Part shown: positions 1 to 7,557 of the stretch, piece after piece
Position numbering within the stretch: position 1 is the first letter of the stretch
Layout of the letters: each line of letters opens with the position of its first letter
Origin: an uncultured Gemmatimonadales bacterium
Lineage (GTDB): Bacteria > Gemmatimonadota > Gemmatimonadetes > Longimicrobiales > Longimicrobiaceae
Direction: 5' to 3'
DNA length: 64,000 nucleotides
Assembly: GCA_963716255.1 (NCBI GenBank)
Contig: OY970303.1
Coordinates: 256,001-320,000, forward strand
The notes under the pieces: generated by a model
What the model was told of the DNA's origin: nothing
What the model saw: only the letters and a program-made list of their open reading frames with translations
Database searches by the model: none
Made by a program: the position numbers and the translations under genes

Positions 1-2283
1 CACCGTCCGGGTGGCGCCCGCCGGGAGGTCGCCGAACGAGCAGGACAGCGTCTGGATGATCCCCGTGCTCAGGGTGCACCCGGCCACCGGCTCGTCCAGC
101 TCCCACTCGATCCCGAAGCCCGGCTGCAGGATGTCGAGGAGCCTGACGTCCTGCGCGACCCCCGGGCCCGCGTTGGTCACCTTGATGGTGAAGCCGATGG
201 GCGTGCCGACCTCGACTTTGTCGTCGTCGGCGGTCTTGACCACCTTCAGGTTGGGCTTCAGGGGCGCGGTGCACTTGACCTCGGTGACCGCCTCGTTGGA
301 GTTGGCGGCGCCGTGGTTGGAGGCGGTGAACTTGCCCGTGTTCCGGTACACGCCGCAGCTGGGCGTGGGCGCCGGGGTCGAGCCGCCGCCGTAGGTGGAA
401 GTGGAGACCGTGCCGCTCGCCGCCCGCGTCGCGCTGACCACGGTGACGCTCACCGAGGCCGAGGGCGCCAGCGAGGCGAAGCTGCAGGTGAGCGCCTGGG
501 GGCTCCCGGAGATGGTGCACCCGGCCACGGCCGGCGAAACGGACCAGCTCAGCCCCGGCCCGACGGGCAGCGCGTCCGTGAGCGTCACCCCGGTGGCGGC
601 GGCGGTCCCGCTGTTGGTCAGCCGCAGCGTGAAGCTGATGGGGCTGCCCGCCTCGACCGACGCGGCGCCGGCCGACTTGACCAGCGTCAGCTTGGGCGTA
701 CTGCACTTCACCTCGGTGACCGCCTCGTTGGAGCTGACGGCGCCGTGGTTGGAGGCGGTGACCCGGCCCGTGTTCCGGTACACGCCGCAGCTGGGCGTGG
801 GCGCCGGGGTGTGGCCGCCGTAGGTGGAGGTGGAGACCGTGCCGCTCGCCGACTGGGTCGCGCTGACCACGGTGACGCTCACCGAGGCCGAGGGCGCCAG
901 CGAGGCGAAGCTGCAGGTGAGCGCCTGCGGGCTCCCGGAGATGGTGCACCCGGCCACCGCCGGCGACACGGTCCAGCTCAGCCCCGGTCCCGCGGGCAGC
1001 GCGTCCGTGAGCGTCACCCCGGTGGCGGGAGCGTCCCCGCTGTTGGTCAGCGTCAGCGTGAAGCTGATGGGGCTGCCCGCCTCGACCGACGCGGCGCCGG
1101 CCGACTTGACCAGCGCCAGCCTGGGCTCGCTCGGCTGGCACGCTCCCCACAGCGTCGCGCGCGCCAGTGCGGCCGCGAAGGTGGTCACGCCCCCGATGAC
1201 GCCGCAGTCGTTGATCGTCAGCGAGATCGAGCCGCACCCGCCCGACAGCTTCTCCAGCCGGGTGGGCTCCCCTCCGGTCCGCGCGTTCCAGCTGAAGCCC
1301 AGCTCGCTCCCCGTCGCGTCCCTGCTGCTCCCCACCACGACGCCGCTGGCGTTGATGGCGAACGCCGTGTTCCGGGAGCCGCCCAGCGTGGGAATCAGCA
1401 CGTACGAAGCGGGCGCCGTGTACCGGACGTAGAACGCCCGCGGCTCGCCGCCGGCATTCGACACCTGCCCCACCACCTCGCCCAGGTTGTTGACCGCGTA
1501 GGCGATCCCGCCGCCGTACCCGGCGGGGTTGGCGATCGGCTGGATCGCGCCGCCGAACGGCTTCACGAACGCCACCCCGGTGGGCGCTCCCTCGTCGATC
1601 GCGCCGGCCACGTCGCCGCTCGCGTTGATGCCGTAGCCGCTGGTGGGCAGCCCGGCGAAGGTGCCGAGCGGCGTGAGCGTCCCCCCCGAGTAGAGGAAGG
1701 CCTGCTGCACCGGGGTGGCGAAGGTGGTCCCGGCGATCTGGCCCGCGTCGTTGATGGCCCGGGCGATGGCTCCCTCACCCAGCACCGTCGCCGCGCCCGC
1801 CGCGGTCCAGCGGACGGCGCGGGGTCCGGCCGGCGGGGACACGAAGCCCACGATCTGGTTCAGGTTGTTGATGTCGTACGCGTAGCCGGGGTCCGTGCTC
1901 AGCACGCGCCAGGCCTGCCCCGGCTCCTTGACCGCCGGCACCGGCATTCCCTCGCGGTACACCGCTCCCACCACCCACCCCGCCTCGTTGATCCCGTAGA
2001 TCTCGCTCCCTTCCTCGCCGCCGTTGGCATCGGTGGGCGTCACGCTGCCGGAGGACGCCAGGCTGAAGCTGGTGCCGCCGGGGGCGCGCAGGTCCGCCGC
2101 GGCGCTGGGGGCACCCTTCCCGGAGCAGAACTTCGGCCCGAGGTTGATGCCGGTCTGCGACAGGCTGACGGTGCGCGGCGCCTGCTGCGGCATCGTCACG
2201 TTGGGCGCCACGTCGCTGCACGCCCCGAGGAGCGCGGTCAGGAGCGCCAGAGGTAGATAGCGTCTCACGGGTTTTCCTGTCAT
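1..2283 (-). CDS. Large surface lipoprotein with HAF-like extracellular repeats and DUF11-like Ig domains (3' end runs off window)
   Basis: Own translation of the minus strand (not in ORF track because there is no stop in the window): MTGKPVRRYLPLALLTALLGAC lipobox; repeats such as YGINEAGWVVG and AYDINNLNQIVG; then LKVVKTAD...VGTPIGFTIKVTNAGPG-type DUF11 units. Alternative GTG start at 2268. Confidence 0.8.
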   Translation of the reverse strand, partial: MTGKPVRRYLPLALLTALLGACSDVAPNVTMPQQAPRTVSLSQTGINLGPKFCSGKGAPSAAADLRAPGGTSFSLASSGSVTPTDANGGEEGSEIYGINEAGWVVGAVYREGMPVPAVKEPGQAWRVLSTDPGYAYDINNLNQIVGFVSPPAGPRAVRWTAAGAATVLGEGAIARAINDAGQIAGTTFATPVQQAFLYSGGTLTPLGTFAGLPTSGYGINASGDVAGAIDEGAPTGVAFVKPFGGAIQPIANPAGYGGGIAYAVNNLGEVVGQVSNAGGEPRAFYVRYTAPASYVLIPTLGGSRNTAFAINASGVVVGSSRDATGSELGFSWNARTGGEPTRLEKLSGGCGSISLTINDCGVIGGVTTFAAALARATLWGACQPSEPRLALVKSAGAASVEAGSPISFTLTLTNSGDAPATGVTLTDALPAGPGLSWTVSPAVAGCTISGSPQALTCSFASLAPSASVSVTVVSATQSASGTVSTSTYGGHTPAPTPSCGVYRNTGRVTASNHGAVSSNEAVTEVKCSTPKLTLVKSAGAASVEAGSPISFTLRLTNSGTAAATGVTLTDALPVGPGLSWSVSPAVAGCTISGSPQALTCSFASLAPSASVSVTVVSATRAASGTVSTSTYGGGSTPAPTPSCGVYRNTGKFTASNHGAANSNEAVTEVKCTAPLKPNLKVVKTADDDKVEVGTPIGFTIKVTNAGPGVAQDVRLLDILQPGFGIEWELDEPVAGCTLSTGIIQTLSCSFGDLPAGATRTV
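271..1121. repeat. Intragenic tandem duplication of ~430 bp (271-692 and 703-1121)
   Basis: Near-identical DNA at offsets of 432 and 429 bp (one 3-bp indel). Mirrored by near-identical shadow ORFs at 395 and 824. Confidence 0.9.
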
Positions 2284-2450
2284 TGAGGGGATGATTTTTG
2301 GCAAGGATAGGCCGGTTGGTCCCGAAATTCCGATTGACAGGCGCAGTCGGCCCGCACGTGCGTGTGATCGGTCCAGCTCCGGATGCTGTCAGTCCCCGGC
2401 GGAGGCACGGCCCGGAAGCCCGGGGCCGTGCCTCTGCCGGACGAACGGCG

Positions 2451-3026
2451 TCAGCCGTCCGGCTGCTGCCTGCGGCGCCGCCGGGCGGCTCCCACCAGGC
2501 CGGCGAGCCCCGTGCCGAGCAGCGCCATCGAAGCCGGCTCCGGGGTCACCGTTCCCGCCAGCTGCGTGTGGGTGGTATAGCTGCCCGAGTAGGCGAGGTA
2601 CAGGTCGTCGACGTCGCCGCCGGTGCTCCCCGTCATGTTGGCCGTCCAGGCGAGCGAGTTCTGGAAGTAGACGGGCGACATGTTGCTGAGCGTGAGCTTG
2701 AAGGTCGATCCCGAGTTGAGGACGGACCCGGTGAACGCCGGGAAGTAGGTCGCGCCATCCTTCTTCCCGGACATCGCCACGAAGCCGGTGAACTGCCACG
2801 GCGAGTTAGGCAGCACGTCGACGAACAGCTCCTTGAGCCCGGCGAAGGTGGAGCCGGTCAGCGACGGGGTGAGGAACAGCTGAAACAACACCTGCGAGCA
2901 GGCGGCGTTGGCGCACGACGCCTGCATCTCCGAGGGGAATGCCGTCGCCTGGGCAGGCGGAGCGCCGACGACGGCGAGCGAGCCGACGGCGAAGACCCCG
3001 ACGAGCAGCTTTTTCAATCTGAACAT
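2451..3026 (-). CDS. PEP-CTERM sorting-domain protein
   Basis: Signal peptide (..PAQA); C-terminal VTPEPASMALLGTGLAGLVGAARRRRR; GGAGG RBS. Confidence 0.92.
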   Translation of the reverse strand: MFRLKKLLVGVFAVGSLAVVGAPPAQATAFPSEMQASCANAACSQVLFQLFLTPSLTGSTFAGLKELFVDVLPNSPWQFTGFVAMSGKKDGATYFPAFTGSVLNSGSTFKLTLSNMSPVYFQNSLAWTANMTGSTGGDVDDLYLAYSGSYTTHTQLAGTVTPEPASMALLGTGLAGLVGAARRRRRQQPDG

Positions 3027-3166
3027 TCATCCTCCCTGGTACGGTGGGAAAAGGACTCGGTGGGGATGTCCGGCCGAGTCGAGGTCCGGACCCGGCGTCC
3101 GGGTTTCCCTGCGCGGTGGGATGCTGGCCGCGGGGCAGCCAGCGTGGTGCGCCGCATCACGAGAAG

Positions 3167-3181
3167 GCAAGCCACGCACCA
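3167..3181 (-). promoter_or_regulatory. Putative sigma54 -24/-12 promoter
   Basis: Minus strand TGGTGCGTGGCTTGC (GG-N10-GC with TTGC), upstream of the PEP-CTERM gene. Confidence 0.55.
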
Positions 3182-3259
3182 TGACCGGCCATGCCCCGGA
3201 GACCCTCGACAATCCTTGTATATCAATTCACATCAAGGATTTAAAGCGTATATTCCGGG

Positions 3260-3276
3260 TGTAAAAAAACGTTACA
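3260..3276. promoter_or_regulatory. Putative enhancer-binding-protein site TGTAA-N7-TTACA
   Basis: TGTAAAAAAACGTTACA. The same motif occurs at 4717-4733 upstream of the second PEP-CTERM gene. An IHF-like CATCAAGGATTTA lies at 3231-3243. Confidence 0.6.
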
Positions 3277-3507
3277 GGCGGGAAAAGCGTGGCTTCGATG
3301 CGACGCATCCTGTGGCTCGCATCCCGCAGGTCGCACGCGTCCGGCCGCCTCGCTCTCCGGCCGGCGAACGGCGGCGAAACGACGCGGCCCGGATGTCGCC
3401 GGGACGGCGCGCCCGGCCCCGCCGCCGCGGCCGTGCCCTGCCCATGAAACGAAGCAGCGCGGCCCTCGCGGACCGCGCTGCTTTCCAGACAGGGCCGTCG
3501 AAGGAGA

Positions 3508-4293
3508 CTACTCCTTCTCGACCTCGGCCTTGCGGCGGCGGCGGAAGGCGCCGATGCCGGCCAGCCCGGTGCCCAGGAGCGCCATGCTGATGGGCTCGGG
3601 GACGGTGTCGGTGGGGATGTCCGCGCAGTTGGCGTTGGCGTTGCTGCCGTTGCTCGTGATGCACTCGGTGGACAGCCCCTGCGGGCCGTTCTGCGCCTTG
3701 ACGTACAGGATCGTGCCCGGATCGTTCGGATCGAACGTCTGGTTGATGTTGAAGGTAAACAGCGTCCAGCCGCCGTTGAGCCCGGCGTTGGTGACGCTGT
3801 ATCCGCCGGTGCAGCCGGCGTTGGACGTCATCCACAGCTCGTTGGAGCCGCCCGGGAGGCTCCCGGCCGCCGCGCAGCTGCTGGCGATGCCGTCGCCGAT
3901 GCCGTTGCCATTGTCGCCGCCCAGGTCGACGTTGATGCCGCCGCCGTTGGTCTGGTTGTTGAAGATCTGCCACCCGGCCGGGGTGTCGCTCCCGCGGGTG
4001 GAGCCCGACGTGCTGACGGCGGACGTGGCGTTCACGGCGGCGGTGATGTTGTCCAGCCCGACGGTGGTGAACACCCAGCTCGCCGCGCCGGCGCTGGAGT
4101 AGAGCCCGGAAAGGTTCCGGATCTTCATGGCGACGGTGGTGCCGGTGACGGCCACGTTCACCGACGCGCAGGTGGCGAACGGCTGGTTTCCGCCGCACAC
4201 GTCCCACTGGCGGATGCCGTCGGCATGCGCCGGGGTCGCGGCGCAGACGGCGAGCACGCCGAGCAGGGCACACGACTCCTTCATTCGTTTCAT
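3508..4293 (-). CDS. PEP-CTERM sorting-domain protein
   Basis: MKRMKESCALLGVLAVCAATPAHA signal; C-terminal VPEPISMALLGTGLAGIGAFRRRRK; Asn/Gly/Cys-rich body. Confidence 0.92.
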   Translation of the reverse strand: MKRMKESCALLGVLAVCAATPAHADGIRQWDVCGGNQPFATCASVNVAVTGTTVAMKIRNLSGLYSSAGAASWVFTTVGLDNITAAVNATSAVSTSGSTRGSDTPAGWQIFNNQTNGGGINVDLGGDNGNGIGDGIASSCAAAGSLPGGSNELWMTSNAGCTGGYSVTNAGLNGGWTLFTFNINQTFDPNDPGTILYVKAQNGPQGLSTECITSNGSNANANCADIPTDTVPEPISMALLGTGLAGIGAFRRRRKAEVEKE

Positions 4294-4527
4294 CGCATTC
4301 CCTCGGTTGGAGAGTTGTCGCCGGCGCAGCCGATGCCGCCGGCACTTGGTGTCGGGTGCGGGTGGAGCCCGCCAGCCCGCGTGTTCCCTTCCCCGCCCGC
4401 CCCTCTCCGACACCCATCTTCCGTGATCCCGGAACGCCCCGCGGGACGGCCCATGGGCACCACTGCGACGGACGGTTCGGTGGGGGGTGAGTACACGCCG
4501 GACGGGAGCCTGCGCAGGCGACCCAAA

Positions 4528-4542
4528 GCAAACGACAAGCCG
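4528..4542 (-). promoter_or_regulatory. Putative sigma54 -24/-12 promoter
   Basis: Minus strand CGGCTTGTCGTTTGC (GG-N10-GC with TTGC). Confidence 0.45.
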
Positions 4543-4716
4543 CGTACGGAGGGGAAGACGGGACGGGGACGGGACATCCCAAGTACCTGCGAATGACCAG
4601 CTTGGGATGGAGGGTAGCGCGGCCGCGCCGGGGGGTGTCGCGCGAATGCGTCGCTCCGGCGCCACAGACCTGTGGCGCGCCCTCCGCAAAGTCAGGTGGA
4701 ATGCATGTTTACGACC

Positions 4717-4733
4717 TGTAATGTTTTATTACA
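4717..4733. promoter_or_regulatory. Putative enhancer-binding-protein site TGTAA-N7-TTACA
   Basis: TGTAATGTTTTATTACA palindrome, overlapping the stop codon of the upstream gene. Confidence 0.6.
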
Positions 4734-6378
4734 GCCGGCCTCCGAGACGGCGCACGGCCCACTCCAGGACGGCGAGCGCGGCCGCCGCCGCGAGGAGGCC
4801 CGGGCGCCACGGCGGGGCCTGCCGGCCGGGGCGCGGGAGCGCGGCTTCGCGGCGCGCGAGCTCGGCGGCGAAGGCGGACCCGGGCAGCGCGGCGCCGCCG
4901 GAGCGGGCGGCGAGCAGGGCCAGGCGGGCCCAGGCGTCCGGCGCGGCGACGCCGGTGTCGGCGCGGAAGCCGGCGACGGGCGGCGCCCCCCCGACCGCGA
5001 GGGAGTACACGCCGGGCCGGTCGGGGACGAAGCGCGCCCGCAGCGTGCCCGGGCGGCGCGGATCGGGGGCGAGCGGGAGGGATTCGCCGCGGCCGCCGGG
5101 GCGCGCCAGGACCAGCCGCGGGAGCGGGCCCGTGCGCCCCGCGGGCGCGAAGACGCGCACCTCCGCCGCCGCGCCGGTCGTCCCGACGGGCTCGGGCACC
5201 TCGACCACCAGGGAGTCGCGCGGGGCGGAGGCGAGCCAGTCCACGAGCGAGCGCCAGAACTCGCGGTGCTCGGCGACGCGCCCGGCCTCCATGCGCCAGC
5301 GCCAGGTCTCGGTGAGCCCCAGCGCGGCGGTCCTGCCCCGTCCCGCCGGGCGCAGCGCCAGCAGCATCCCTCCGGGCGCGGAGGCGGCGGTGGACGCGCC
5401 GGGGACAGGCCGGCCCACGGGCACGGACGCGGAGCGGACGCGCGCTGCCGGGAGCGCCGCAAGCTCGGCGGGGAGCGTCCAGCGCACGCGGTCGCCGGCG
5501 ACCTCGGCGGCGGCGCCGCTCCCGTCGGCGGCGCGCAGCGGACCCGCGCCCCCGCCGCCCACCCGCAGCACGCCGCCGCCGAGCCGCGAGGCGTAGTCGG
5601 CCAGCGCGGCGGCCTGGGCGGCGCCCGGGTCGGCGCCCTCCAGCACCAGCACGGCATCGAAGCGGGCGAGCGCGGCGGCGTCCGCGGGCACACCGCCGCC
5701 GCCCTGCCGCACGGCGAGCCCGCGCCCGAGCGGCTGCGACAGCTCCACGGCGGCGCCGGACTCCTCCAGCGCGCGGACGACGAAGCGCGATTCCCACGAC
5801 GGCGCGCCCGCGGCGACCAGCACGCGCGGCGCGGCGCCCGGCGCGACCCACGCGCCGGTGCGCCCGCTCCGCCCGGCGGCCTCCACCGTCCACTCGCGCC
5901 ATCCGGGCCGCGGCGGGCGCACGCGGAAGGCGCCCGCCGCCGTGCCGTCCGGCCCCGGCGCTACGATCACGGAGTCCTGAACGCCGCCCGCGTCGCCCAG
6001 CCGCACCACGACGCTGTCCCGCCCCGGTACGCGGATCGAAAAGGGGATGGCCGCCGCGCGCCCGGCCATGGGCCGCTGCGGGGGATCCACGTCCACCCAC
6101 GCGGCCGCTCCGGGGAGGCGGACGAGGAGCGGCGCGCGCCCGGCGGCGGCGGCGAGCGCGTCCAGCTCGGCGGCGCCGGGCGCGCGCTCGGAATCTCGGA
6201 CCAGCAGCGCGGGGGGCAAGCCGGCCAGCAGCGAGTCGGGGAGCGAAGCCGGACCCGCGGGGAGGCGGGAGACGCGGCCCGCCCCGGTCGCGGCGGGGCG
6301 CGGCTCGGGCGCGAGCAGCGCCCCCGCCAGCGCCAGGAGGACGCCCGCGCGGAGGACGGCGGGGAGGGTCGGGGTCAC
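4729..6378 (-). CDS. Membrane protein of MoxR/vWA-type operon (glutamine-amidotransferase-like domain)
   Basis: PSWESRFVVRAL, FDAVL, ETWRWRM...FWRSLVDWLA, C-terminal TM with LEWAVRR; last gene of the moxR operon. Start uncertain (GTG 6378). Confidence 0.7.
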   Translation of the reverse strand: MTPTLPAVLRAGVLLALAGALLAPEPRPAATGAGRVSRLPAGPASLPDSLLAGLPPALLVRDSERAPGAAELDALAAAAGRAPLLVRLPGAAAWVDVDPPQRPMAGRAAAIPFSIRVPGRDSVVVRLGDAGGVQDSVIVAPGPDGTAAGAFRVRPPRPGWREWTVEAAGRSGRTGAWVAPGAAPRVLVAAGAPSWESRFVVRALEESGAAVELSQPLGRGLAVRQGGGGVPADAAALARFDAVLVLEGADPGAAQAAALADYASRLGGGVLRVGGGGAGPLRAADGSGAAAEVAGDRVRWTLPAELAALPAARVRSASVPVGRPVPGASTAASAPGGMLLALRPAGRGRTAALGLTETWRWRMEAGRVAEHREFWRSLVDWLASAPRDSLVVEVPEPVGTTGAAAEVRVFAPAGRTGPLPRLVLARPGGRGESLPLAPDPRRPGTLRARFVPDRPGVYSLAVGGAPPVAGFRADTGVAAPDAWARLALLAARSGGAALPGSAFAAELARREAALPRPGRQAPPWRPGLLAAAAALAVLEWAVRRLGGRL

Positions 6379-6394
6379 GGGCGGCACCGGCGGA

Positions 6395-6607
6395 CCCCCC
6401 TCCCCCCGGCCCCCTCCCCCGCAAGGGGGGAGGGGGAGCACGACGGCGTGGAGGCTGGCGTCCGCGGGCCCCCACCCGGCGGCCTTGGAGCCGCCACCCT
6501 CCCCCAATTCTGGGGGAGGGCTTCCTGTTCCTCGCCTCGCGGTGTGTCGCTGCAGTGCTCCCCCTTTCCCCCGCTTGCGGGGGAGAGGGGGCCGGGGGGT
6601 GAGGGGG
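6395..6607. repeat. Cluster of short GC-rich REP-like palindromes (CCCCTCCCCC-GCAAG-GGGGAGGGGG type)
   Basis: Units at ~6395-6438, 6497-6520 and 6558-6607. Related units at ~7517-7557, 12411-12448, 19814-19836, 25156-25199, 45241-45265 and 53223-53265. Confidence 0.75.
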
Positions 6608-6636
6608 ACCACACGCGCGGACGCCAGTGCGATGCC

Positions 6637-6765
6637 CGCGTGAGGGATTCCGGCCCGAAGGGGCGAGACCGCGCGGCGGTTTGCGCGGGCTCGACTCCGT
6701 TACGCACGGTTGTTTCGTGCGTTACGGAGCCGAAGCCCGACCCCGGCGCAGCCGGGGGCACGCCC
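6637..6765 (-). repeat. ~130-bp structured intergenic repeat, copy 1 (stem variant ACGCACG)
   Basis: Direct sequence match to 9 other copies; begins ~28 nt after the DUF4159 stop. Confidence 0.95.
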
Positions 6766-6793
6766 AGACCCAGGTCGTTCAAAGCAGTTGAGA

Positions 6794-7483
6794 TCAACGT
6801 GTGAGCGCGTACACGACGACGTTGACGCCGAAGCGGGTGTTGTCGACGGACTGGAAGCGCTTGTTCTGCGGGTGGTAGTTCCACTCCGAGGAGTAGTCCT
6901 TGTTGGAGTACAGGAGCCCGATGCGCCCGTCCACCTCCACGCCGAGGAGGTGCTCGTGGACCAGGTTGTCGCCCCAGCCGTTCAGCTCGTGGCTGGTGGT
7001 GGGCGGCCCGTCGGGGAAGCGGAAGAAGGCGCGGTACAGCTCGTGGTCGCGGGGGAGCGGACGCAGCGCGCGTGCCCCGAAGATGCGCCCCACCTCGGCG
7101 GTGGCGGTCTTGTGGAAGGCGCCGTCCACGTCGTGGTTGTGGTCGTCGATGAACACGAAGCCGCCGCGCTGCACGTACGCGCGCAGGTTGGCGCTCTCTC
7201 GCGCGTCGAAGCGCACGGGGAGGTGCCCGGTGAGGAAGACGAACGGGTAGCGGAACAGCTCGGGGCTGGCGAGGTCCACCACCACGCCCCGCGCGGCCAC
7301 GGGGATGGCGGTGTACTGCGCGATGGAGTGCACCAGGTTGGCGGGCACGAGCGGTGCCGAGTCCCAGTCGCCCGAGCCGTAGCGCGCGGTGGCCCACGTG
7401 AACGGCTCGGCGCGCCGGAACGCCGCGCTCCCGGACGCGGCGAGCCCGCCCGCCAGGCTGAGCAGGGCGAGCAGCAGCCGCAT
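6794..7483 (-). CDS. DUF4159 family protein
   Basis: RYGSGDWD, YPFVFLTGH, YVQRGGFVFIDD, FGVNVVVYALT; N-terminal signal; moxR operon context. Confidence 0.85.
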   Translation of the reverse strand: MRLLLALLSLAGGLAASGSAAFRRAEPFTWATARYGSGDWDSAPLVPANLVHSIAQYTAIPVAARGVVVDLASPELFRYPFVFLTGHLPVRFDARESANLRAYVQRGGFVFIDDHNHDVDGAFHKTATAEVGRIFGARALRPLPRDHELYRAFFRFPDGPPTTSHELNGWGDNLVHEHLLGVEVDGRIGLLYSNKDYSSEWNYHPQNKRFQSVDNTRFGVNVVVYALTR

Positions 7484-7557
7484 GCCCCGGCCGACGCGCC
7501 CTCCGACGTTGCCGTTCTCCCCTCTCCCCTCGTGGGAGAGGGGCCGGGGGTGAGGGG

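Noticed and set aside
6710..6780. Recurring peptide starts such as MFRALRSRSPTPAPAGGTP and MRYGAEARPRRQPGARP in several ORFs
   Set aside because: These are translations of the non-coding repeat, not a protein family.
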